Notes under the pieces: model-generated
The model's database searches: none
What the model saw: the letters and a program-made list of their open reading frames with translations, nothing else
What the model was told of the DNA's origin: nothing
Part shown: in pieces, positions 11,282 through 21,231 of the stretch
Numbering within the stretch: position 1 is the stretch's first letter
Layout: each line of letters begins with the position of its first letter
Position numbers and translations under genes: made by a program
Origin: Schizosaccharomyces osmophilus
Lineage: Eukaryota
NCBI RefSeq assembly: GCF_027921745.1
Contig: NC_079240.1
Span: 1,302,001 to 1,366,000 of the forward strand
DNA length: 64,000 nt
Direction: 5' to 3'

Positions 11282-12604
11282 CTTTTCTTGTCCAGCGTTC
11301 TAGTTGTTGGTAGAAGTTTGCTTCTGGAGGGTGGATGAAAAACAATCGTGGGTCAGTAATTGTTATGTTTGCAAAAGTATTTATTACTATAATTTTTTGT
11401 AGTGATTTATAAAAAATGTAAAATCAAATCTTTGCGATTCCAGAGAACTCAAGAGTGTAGGTATTACTAAAAAATTTCCACAGCGTAAAACGAACTTCAA
11501 CAAACGAAAGACGTGAAATAAATTAAGAAAAAATAAAAAGAACACTGAAAGCTTACTATTCTGCAAGACTCCATGAGATTTGCTTTGTATTCGAATCTTG
11601 TACAGTGCCTGTCCCTGGGCAACTTTGTGTTTCTCCAAGTCTTTATTGATCAAGGGAACCATTTCTTCCTCTCCTATAGCTATTACTTACAGAGAAAAAA
11701 AAAAAAAAAAAAAAAAGCTAAGCATTGAACCAAGATTTCCTCAGGCAATGAAAGCCGATTGTTTGTTAATTTCAGCAAGGCCAAGGCCCGTAGAAAATGG
11801 TCCTACAAACCATATCATATTTTCAAGAAACTAATTCTAGATAAAAAGAAAACAGAACTAGAAAAAGAATTATTTAAACACACTCTCTAAGTATTTTCGT
11901 TTTTTAGTACAAACTTTCTTGTGTTAAATATTCTTACAAATCGTTACAATAAATACTGTGTTGCGTAGACAATTTTTAGTGATGGCTTTCCATCTCTGTA
12001 TTTCTGTACGTCAGTGTTACAGAAATGAAGTGTGGAGAAATGGAAATCAACTAGAAACCAATTTCTTTGCATAAAATCCAAGGAGTATTAGATCCTTTAT
12101 TTTTCGTAGTTAAGGTGAGTACTTTACTGCTTAATTGAAGGAAGAACGAATTCCCTTTTACCACTGTTCAGTTGGGTTTTTTGTAATGGATTTTGACAAC
12201 AGAATGTTTGCAGAATCAATTTTTCTCTGATCGCAGAAATATTAACAATATTTATGTCTAGAAAACTTAACAATTGTTTTCATTCGTTTTTCTTGGAAGC
12301 TGAAACCTTGGATGGTATTCATATTAGCTACTGTTATCCATCTTCACATTGCTAGCATTGAACAATTTCCTGTATGGTATTTTGACATTGTTTAATTTAC
12401 TTTTGCAATTACCATAAAAGATTATATAAACGTTACAAACAAGGGATTGTTTTCTTGTTGGACCTTTCTTAGATCTTGTGTTCTTTCTGTAACATCCGTT
12501 TGCAACTCTTTGGTTTTTTGCTGTAACTATTAAATCCTTCTGGTGTCTCGTTGATTTATACTGGCGTCACATAAGGTTCCCTTCTTTTCGTGTCTTTGCC
12601 AAAA

Positions 12605-14523
12605 ATGTCTAGCGAGCTTTATCCAGAGCGGTCTCATCTGTTAAGAAGAAATGATGATACAAATAACATGGACATAGAAAATCCAACCAAGGATCCTATT
12701 CCTCACAGATCGGTGTGGTATTTAATTGCGTTAACGGTGGTATGTATAGATTTACGGTTTCAGCCGAAAATTCGTGCTAACTTGTAAAAAGTCTCTTTTA
12801 GGTGTTCAATTGACCTGTACGTTGCCAAACTTTTTTATTTTTTGGGATGAAGCTAACATGCTCTAAAAACAGGGTCTGTTGAACTTGGTTATGGTAAGTG
12901 AAGGCTATATTCTAGTATCTTCGTATCTATAAGGTCTAACTTGTTTTTCAATAGGATCTCCATATCTATTTTCCCTCGGCCTTCGTAAAGAATACACGTC
13001 CATCATTTGGATCGCTGGTCCATTGACAGGGATTATTATTCAACCAATTTCTGGAATACTTTCGGATCGCTTTCAGTCGAAATTTGGAAGGAGAAGGCCT
13101 TTTATGCTGGTTGCTAGCTTGCTAGGTATGTTTAGTTTATTCTTGATGGGATGGGCCCCAGATTTGAGTGAGCTATTCTTTCAGGGTACGGTTGCGAAGC
13201 GTGTAACCATTGGATTGGCAACCTTGAGTATTTATCTTTTAGATATCGCTGTGAATGTTGGTATGTAATTTTCAAAAACTTCTTTCTTAGATTTGATCTA
13301 ATGTTTTTTCAGTCATGGCTAGTACTCGATCCCTAATTGTCGATTCTGTCAGTTCAGAACAACAACATGATGCAAATTCTTGGGCTGGAAGAATGATTGG
13401 TATCGGTAATGTTTTCGGATACTTACTAGGATTCCTTCCTTTGTACCGAATTTTTGCTTTCCTCCATATTACCCAGCTCCAAGCCTTCTGCACGATGGCC
13501 TCGATTTTTCTTTTACTGACGGTTAGCATTACATCTTTAATTGTTACCGAGAGATCATTTCCTGCTTCTGAGAAGGATCAGTCAGTTGTTTCTGAAATTT
13601 TGGAATTTTTCGGGACCATGAGACAAAATATTTCAAGCCTTCCTGATTCTCTACGAAAAATATGCTATGTACAATTCTTTGCTTATTTTGGATGGTTTCC
13701 ATTTTTATTCTACATAACAACTTACGTTGGAACTTTGTTTTTGAGGCACGCACCTAAAGGCCATGAAGAGGACTGGGATATGGCAACTCGTCAAGGATCG
13801 TTTGCATTACTTTTGTTTGCAATTGTTTCTTTGGCCTCAAATACTGCTTTGCCTCTTCTACTTGAGAGCGGGAGAGAGGATGATGACGATGATGAGGAGG
13901 AGTATGCAACGGAAGAAGGCTCAAGAGACTACGAGAGATATTTACGGCCTGCAATTTATATACCGCAGGCTTCAGTTGAGCCTAGTGAAAGATCTTCTTT
14001 AAGATCTGAGCCCACGGAGGTTCCCTCGCCTGCTCCTTCAGCTCCTGTATCTCAATTGCAAAGAACTATTCCTTCTAACCGTTCTATTATTAGCACTTTT
14101 TCATCAAAAGTACAAATTAAAGGCCTTACATTACCATTATTATGGCTTTTTTCTCACATATTGTTTGGCATCTGCATGCTCAGTACTTTTTTCCTGGGCA
14201 CATCATGGGAAGCACAAGTGATGGTAGCAATTTGTGGTTTGTCTTGGGCTTGCAGCCTTTGGATTCCATATTCACTTTTTTCATCTGAAGTTGCAAAGCT
14301 GGGTTTGCGTGAAAGCAGTGGGAAAATGATTGGCGTACATAATGTGTTTATTTCAGCTCCTCAAGTTTTGAGTACGATTATTGCTACAATTGTTTTTGTT
14401 CAATCAGAGGGAAGCCACCGTGACAAAAGCGATAACAGTGTCGCTTGGGTATTAAGAATTGGAGGATTGGCAGCGTTTGTAGCTGCTTTTCTGTGTAGTA
14501 AACTTTTGTCTATTGACTTTTAA
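12605..14523 (+). CDS. sut1: Alpha-glucoside (sucrose/maltose):H+ symporter, SLC45/SUT family (exons 12605-12739, 12792-12816, 12873-12893, 12955-13260, 13313-14523)
   Basis: Spliced GVQLTWSVELGYGSPYL, IWIAGPLTGIIIQP, FGRRRPF and QFFAYFGWFPFLFY motifs. Four canonical introns. Confidence 0.93.
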
Positions 14524-15077
14524 GCTCAATGGAAAAACGAAATTTAGCAAGCTTATACAAAACTTCATTAAAACACCTTATTCCTAGTCTCTAACTGTGC
14601 TGCTTCAAAATGGAATACAAGACCTTGATTGTTTTGATCATCTTTGGCGTCTGATAGCACCATAGCATGATGCTATTACCTTGCCCCTTTTTTTTTTCAA
14701 CTGATCATAATTTGCAACGGAGTCCATCTTTATTTAAAAAAATTTATTTTACTTACTATTGACACGATAACAACAAGGTACAAACAAGTTTATCATTTTA
14801 TGGTGTGCTATAACGATATTGTTACTTTGGAACAGAAATAAAAAGATTTGAAAAACGAGAAATGCAAGCAGGACTATAGGAAAGCAATTTACCAAAAAGA
14901 ACAAAAGAGAAACATAGAATGACTATATCTTGGAGGTCAATAGACGCCTTCAAAGGGATGATTTTTTATTTGAAAATGATCGCATTTATTTAACATTAAG
15001 AATATCAGACTAATACTAAAGAATTTCGTTGACAATGCAACTCGTTAAAATTTAAATTCAAAAAAGAAAGAGAAAAA

Positions 15078-16490
15078 CTACCCAATTTTGACTTTGGCGG
15101 TTTTCCAAATACAAAGCATAAAAAAGGCTGTCAATGCATTCAAAGCAAGTAAAGTGGCTAGGAATCCGAGAGAAGAAATCACACGAATTGCACCTCCAAA
15201 AACAGGGCCAACAGTGTCTGCAATAGCTATGCTGATTTGAATTACTACGCTTGCTAGCAAGTGATGATCTGGGTGAAGCTGCTTAGTGAGAAGAGATACA
15301 AGGGGTGAAAAGGCGATGGAAGTTCCGAAAAAGATAAGAGAAAACAAAGTGAAGTAAAGTTGGAGATACTCTTTATGGAGTCTGCTGACAATGAGATGAA
15401 CAGAGACTGATATGAGCGTAATTAGAATACCTATTAATGTAAGTTTTCGGTCTTCTACCCACCTTGAAAGGAAAGAAAAGAAAAGGAGAAATGGAATATC
15501 AATGAGACATGCAAGAGCAAGGAAGTTACCCGATTGAAAGGGAGAATACTTGTAGAGGTAATTGGTGTAGATGGGGATGGAAGCTTGGTATGCCTCCATT
15601 GTAAAAAAGCAAGAGAAGGCAATAAATCCAGAAACAGAAATTTTTAAAATAGAAGCAAGGTCTGGACGGCGATGTGTGGTTTCGGTCTCAGGATTAGAAT
15701 GGGGAGTTTTACTTCTTGGAGGGACAGGAGGAATGGTATAGTCAGCATCATAGTAGAAAATGGAAGAAACAAGTAACAAAACAAACCAAAAAATGGCTAG
15801 TAGCCAGTTTCCGGAAGTATATTGATTCCATATAGTGTTGTGAGAATGGGAAGAAGCTTTGGCCATTAAACCACCAAGGAAAGGACCAATGGCAATTCCA
15901 GCGGTTTGCATAATGATGTTGAGAGTGCTCATAAAAGTTCTGTATTTTGCGCCGACCAATATTCTGTCGGACATGAACTTTTTATGGTACAGATACATGA
16001 CACATGCTACACCTAGTATGATTCGGCTTACTAGGAGGAGAGCGATGCTTTTAGCTTTGAAGGCAAGTGAATAAAGGATGTGTCCTAAAATTGCTGTGAC
16101 ACACGAGCAAAGATAGGGACGTTTGTAAAAGGTAAACCCATTGGCAGATTTAGGATTCGACAGTAAAAGCATGGGATATAAAGTGACGAGGGCCGTGATC
16201 ATAGGAAGACCGATAATGAGACCAGACAAAACTTCGCTTCCTCCTAGGGCTTTGACATAAGTGTCAGAAGTAGGAATGACAATCGAAAAGGAAATCGAGA
16301 GGACAAAATTATTCAATAGAATGAGGGCAGCACTTATGGCGGGGGGTTTCCTATCAATTGAATCGGATTCCTCAGTAACTTCAATTGTTGGTCGAATGGA
16401 TTCGTGATCTTGTTTTTCTGCCGATTTTTCATGGTCCTCAGGTTGTTTGTTGAATTTCTCAATAATTTCTTCTTCCAGTCTTAGTTCCAT
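15078..16490 (-). CDS. MFS transporter (MFSD8/SPX-MFS-like, Schizosaccharomyces-expanded family)
   Basis: 470-aa intronless ORF with about 12 hydrophobic segments. Motifs SFSIVIPTS...LGGSEVLSGLIIG, LLVSRIILGV and IGPFLGGLM. Confidence 0.85.
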   Translation of the reverse strand: MELRLEEEIIEKFNKQPEDHEKSAEKQDHESIRPTIEVTEESDSIDRKPPAISAALILLNNFVLSISFSIVIPTSDTYVKALGGSEVLSGLIIGLPMITALVTLYPMLLLSNPKSANGFTFYKRPYLCSCVTAILGHILYSLAFKAKSIALLLVSRIILGVACVMYLYHKKFMSDRILVGAKYRTFMSTLNIIMQTAGIAIGPFLGGLMAKASSHSHNTIWNQYTSGNWLLAIFWFVLLLVSSIFYYDADYTIPPVPPRSKTPHSNPETETTHRRPDLASILKISVSGFIAFSCFFTMEAYQASIPIYTNYLYKYSPFQSGNFLALACLIDIPFLLFFSFLSRWVEDRKLTLIGILITLISVSVHLIVSRLHKEYLQLYFTLFSLIFFGTSIAFSPLVSLLTKQLHPDHHLLASVVIQISIAIADTVGPVFGGAIRVISSLGFLATLLALNALTAFFMLCIWKTAKVKIG

Positions 16491-16516
16491 TTGGGAGTAG
16501 GTAAATTTACGTGATT

Positions 16517-16563
16517 CTTTTGTTTTTGTTTTTGTTTTTGTTTTTGTTTTTTTGTTTTTTTTT
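16517..16563. repeat. (TTTTTG)n microsatellite / T-rich tract
   Basis: About 6-7 tandem TTTTTG-like units directly upstream of the MFS start codon. Confidence 0.8.
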
Positions 16564-17691
16564 ATTGAATCCTTACTTTATGATTTTGTTTGTTGACTCG
16601 CTTGTCTTGGAATATAGGCAACGATTATGTTTCCTAGACGAAAAGTAGAGGAGCCGGGACTTTTCTAAACGTTACGAATATTGAGAATTTGCTCTGGAAG
16701 TTCCTGTGCAACAACTGCTACCATATAAGCTTAACCTTGTAAATAATCTAAACTTTTTTCCTTTTCCTGTTGGGCAGTGCAAAGGCATATATATTATGAG
16801 TTGCCATCATTAATCATTATGTTTCATTGAAGTGCAATCTAAGTCCTTGAATGAGTCTATAAATAAATAAAACAGCAAAATTCCATATCGTAGATTTGTA
16901 GAAAAAACGTATGAAATTCGTTTTTTTTTTTTTTTTTTTTTTCTTGTGTCAAGGCCAGGTCTTTTGTAGGAGTCGCTTTTTTTCGCAGATGGGATTCCAA
17001 GTACAGTTTCCTACCACTGTTGGTTTAGACACATGTAGACTTTCACACATAGACGTTACAAATCATTCACGAAATTCAATGCACTAATAACCATGAAATT
17101 GTCAATTGCATAACAAACTTCTACTATTCTCTGAATACTTTGAATCAAATTTCACATCCTTTTTCTTTGTTTATTTCTTTTATTTACTTTTGGTTTTGAT
17201 GTGTTAGAACTCGGTGTTTTATGCTGCCACTGGTTTGTGCGCTTATTCACCAGTCATTATTAAAAGAATCGAGCGGCTAATACAAAGGCGATTTCACGTC
17301 CATCTCCATTTCACCTTCTCCACCACCCACGAAACGAAGAAATTGGAATCTCGTATTTTTTCACAAAAAACGAGTTATATTCAATAAAAAAAAAACCATT
17401 TGGATAATTTTAAAAAGTCTACTGCTTTTTTTGTTTATCCCCCTTTTTGATTGAAAAAAAAAGAGCTTTCCACAAGCTTTAGAGGAGAATCTATATCCTT
17501 AACGAAAAAAGCTCAACAATTGAAACAAAACAATTTTGTTTTTGTTTTGTTGTCGCAGCACTTGTAATCCTGCTCATCAGATCAGTTTTCATTCTTTTAT
17601 ACTTAAACTAAAGACGGATTTTTTTTCCTTTTTTACTTTCCTTTCTACTTTCCTTTTTCATATCAGTAATTTGAGAAAAGATATAAAAATT

Positions 17692-19368
17692 ATGGAACGC
17701 GTCGTGAAACTCGCTACCAAGCGTTGCCCTTTTGTCAGCAAGACTGACGCTACTACCCTTCGCAGAATGATGGGAGCTGGTTTGGTTCGCGCTGGTGCCC
17801 ATTGTCCCATTATGGGAGGAGCCCTTCCTGCCGGTGACCAGCATGCCTTCACTGGTAAACGTGGATTCAAGTCCCATTCCAAGCACATGGCAAAGGAACC
17901 TTCTTTAGAAGAGATCCATTTGAAAGCCGGCGTGAGTGACCGTAGCTCTGGCATGTGTCGTCATGCTCAAGCAGTCAAAGAAGCCGCTACTAAACCCGAT
18001 GAGGTTGCTTCCATTCATCAAGAAACACTCCCAGGTGCAGCTCGTCAGGCTTATGGTGTTTCCCCTGCGGGTGCCCCCAGGTTCGACTATGAAACCTTTT
18101 ACGAAGAGGAACTCCAAAAAAAATTACGGGATAAATCGTATCGGTATTTCAACAATATCAATCGCCTAGCGCATGAATATCCACTCGCTCACTTGGCAGA
18201 CCCAAATACCCGTGTCCAGGTATGGTGCAGCAACGACTATCTCAACATGGGTGGTCACAAAAAGGTAAGCGACGCTATGCATCGTTGCATAGACAAGTAC
18301 GGAGGAGGAGCCGGGGGTACCCGGAATATTGCAGGGCATAATCAGCATGCTATGCGATTAGAAGAGTCGATCGCCGACTTACATCTAAAACCCTCCGCAC
18401 TCATTTTTGGCAGTTGTTATGTCGCAAACGATGCTACTCTTTCTACTCTTGGTAGAAAACTGCCAAACTGTGTATTCCTCAGTGACGAAATGAACCATGC
18501 TTCTATGATTCATGGAATTCGTAATTCTCGATGTGAGAAAATAATCTTCAAGCATAATAATCTCGCTGATTTGGAAGCCAAGTTGGCCTCTCTCCCTATC
18601 AACCGTCCAAAGGTAATTGCCTTTGAATCCATTTACAGCATGAGCGGAAATGTTGCTCCTATTTCCGAGATCTGCGATCTCGCCAAGAAATACGGCGCTC
18701 TCACCTTTTTGGACGAAGTTCATGCGGTTGGCATGTATGGCCCTCGTGGCGGTGGTGTTGCTGAAGAGACCCCTGGTTTGCTGGACAAAGTCGATATTAT
18801 CACGGGAACTTTAGCCAAGTCTTATGGTTGTGTTGGTGGTTACATTGCCGGATCTTCTCGTTTGGTCGACATGATTCGTTCTTTAGCTCCTGGTTTTATC
18901 TTTACTACTTCGTTACCTCCTCATGTAATGGTTGGTGCTCTTACAGCAATTGAGCATTTAAAAACATCCAACGTTGAGCGTGAGCAACAACGTTCTGCTG
19001 TTCGCCGAGTAAAGCAATCCTTGTCTGAAATTGGAATTCCTGTCCTTTCTAATGATACTCACATCGTTCCAGCTATGGTTGGTGATGCTGAAATAGCCAA
19101 GCTCGCTAGTGATTCTTTGTTACAAGAGCATCATATATATGTGCAAAGCATTAATTCGCCTACAGTCAATGTCGGGACTGAACGTCTTCGAATTACTCCA
19201 ACACCGGCCCACAACACCGAAAAGTACGTTCAAAGCTTGACTGGTGCTATGGACCAAGTATGGCGTAAATACAAGGTCAGCCGCTTGGATGGATGGGCCA
19301 ATCGTGGCATTGATGTCGGCCGTCTTTGCAAATTTCCCGTTCTTCCATTTTCTACCTCTGGTTTATAA
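17692..19368 (+). CDS. hem1: 5-aminolevulinate synthase, mitochondrial
   Basis: Motifs [29 protein letters not shown] and GTLAKSYG (PLP lysine). ATG at 17692. Confidence 0.97.
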   Translation: MERVVKLATKRCPFVSKTDATTLRRMMGAGLVRAGAHCPIMGGALPAGDQHAFTGKRGFKSHSKHMAKEPSLEEIHLKAGVSDRSSGMCRHAQAVKEAATKPDEVASIHQETLPGAARQAYGVSPAGAPRFDYETFYEEELQKKLRDKSYRYFNNINRLAHEYPLAHLADPNTRVQVWCSNDYLNMGGHKKVSDAMHRCIDKYGGGAGGTRNIAGHNQHAMRLEESIADLHLKPSALIFGSCYVANDATLSTLGRKLPNCVFLSDEMNHASMIHGIRNSRCEKIIFKHNNLADLEAKLASLPINRPKVIAFESIYSMSGNVAPISEICDLAKKYGALTFLDEVHAVGMYGPRGGGVAEETPGLLDKVDIITGTLAKSYGCVGGYIAGSSRLVDMIRSLAPGFIFTTSLPPHVMVGALTAIEHLKTSNVEREQQRSAVRRVKQSLSEIGIPVLSNDTHIVPAMVGDAEIAKLASDSLLQEHHIYVQSINSPTVNVGTERLRITPTPAHNTEKYVQSLTGAMDQVWRKYKVSRLDGWANRGIDVGRLCKFPVLPFSTSGL

Positions 19369-19923
19369 AATAATTACTTATCATACCAGTTAATAAATAA
19401 GTATACTTTGGTATTCAAAGCATGGCTTTGACACACAACTTAATTTACAAATTCAAGAGAACGCTATAAAAGTCAACGTAAGCAAGGAAAAGGAGAAGTA
19501 GGTAGGATTTAATAAAAAGTAAGGGAACCATATATATTGATTTCTTTTGAGGCAATCATTTCGTAATTAGATTATAAAAGTGTTCACATTATTAGAGAAG
19601 GAACTTTAAAATGTTTCATAAACTGATAATCTGTGATGCGTATACATGTGATGTGACACATGACCTTTGTCGACTCGTCCAAAACACTATATACAAAGGC
19701 TTCTTGCATTTTTGTGTGCGACCGTAGAAAAAACAAAAAATTACGAATAGCACTGGACTAAATGAAAAGGAAAGCAAGCTAGACAGATAGATGGAGAGCT
19801 AAAAATTCGTAGGCCGGGTCAAGAATGGAAATGGAACCAGATTATCTTTCCACTAGTTCCTGAAGGTTTCGGTTTATACAAAAAACAAAAGGATTTATAT
19901 GAAATGGAAAAGACGGAAAGGCT

Positions 19924-20332
19924 CTATGAAAGTTGAACACGATTTTGATACCGAGCAACCAAAACTTGAGACCCGCAAAACAAAAAGAAAACCTGACAGA
20001 AAAGTTAGAAATTTATGCAAAATAATTAACAAGCAAATATAAAAAATTGCTTACAGTATAGATGACCACAGCGCCAATGCAAGTTTTAGCAACTTGAGAT
20101 CCCGTTAAGCCACTACCAGCCAAGTCATGCATCAAAGCTTCAGCTTCATGAGCAAATAAAAATGAAAGGACAGAGAGAAAGATAATTCCAATCAACGACA
20201 AGCCTGTGCAGCCTTGGGCTATACATATTCATTAGCAATTCAGTAATTACAGAAAGCTGTTGAAACCAAACGGAATGGATTAATCGCTCCAAACATCCAC
20301 GTACCTAAACCAGCACTCACCAAAGGTTTCAT
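19924..20332 (-). CDS. V-ATPase V0 subunit f / RNASEK homolog, 86 aa (exons 20332-20305, 20218-20055, 19992-19924)
   Basis: Spliced MKPLVSAGLAQGCTGLSLIGIIFLSVLSFLFAHEAEALMHDLAGSGLTGSQVAKTCIGAVVIYTVFFLFCGSQVLVARYQNRVQLS. Two TM helices, resembling S. cerevisiae Ypr170w-b. Confidence 0.85.
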
Positions 20333-21231
20333 ATTGAATCCTTACAATCCAAAGCAAAAATGAAAGAATGAAAAGACAAGAAACAAGAGCAGAGTGAAAA
20401 GGCCAAGGTCAACCGAAGCGAATGAAAGGATGTCAAATTGCGAGCAAATACGTTGCTCGCTAAAAAGCAGTACCGAGTAGAAACATTGTGAATTAAAAGG
20501 GTTTACATTGAAGTAAAGGTACGGTAAAACTCATTAAAACAGATATAGATTATTATGAGAGTGCCTTATTGTAAATTTCCGACATCTTTTATTTACAGTA
20601 AAAACTTTAATGACGTTTGAAGTGTTGCTCTGTAGTAGTCTATTTCATTGCTAGTAGAGAGCTTTTCTATTGTATAGGAAAGAAGAGGAGAGTAGCAAAA
20701 GTGTAGTATACCATGGACTTTCATTCCTATCTATACATTCTTTACAATGTCTTGTCTCAATATGAATGGGTAAAGCGTTGAGAGATCAACTACGAAAAAC
20801 AAGACACTGGAAGCCATTCATTGCAAAGGTGAAATCAAGCTCAAAACAGCTACGAAATGAAAGGGATTCCTGCCTAGTTATTAAAATGGACCTTCTTTTT
20901 GTTTACATGATTATTTTATCAGATCATTTATATTTATTTATAGTTATAAAGAGGTCAATGGTTCTAAGATGCTGAAAACAAACCAAACCAAGTCAAAACC
21001 TGCTATACGGCATCCTGCAGGGATTGAAAAGTTTATTATATACTTCTTTCTAGTGCTGCTACAATCCTCTTATTCTACACTTTTTCTTGTTCCTAGTTGA
21101 GTTTCTGTTGGGTGTTTTACGCAAGTGAACAGAGTTCACTAAATGCTCTTAGTACTTTGGGCTACCAGAATATTTAGACAATTGCAGTTTACTGTTAAAA
21201 AAGGTGAAATACTGCCTTTGAAAAGGCCTTG

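Noticed and set aside
11387..11662. 91-aa minus ORF upstream of kap104
   Set aside because: Low-complexity, AT-rich and no recognisable family. It may correspond to an orphan slot in S. pombe, but I cannot support it.
20766..20975. 69-aa ATG ORF upstream of vps54
   Set aside because: Short, with no family resemblance and no splice signals extending it.
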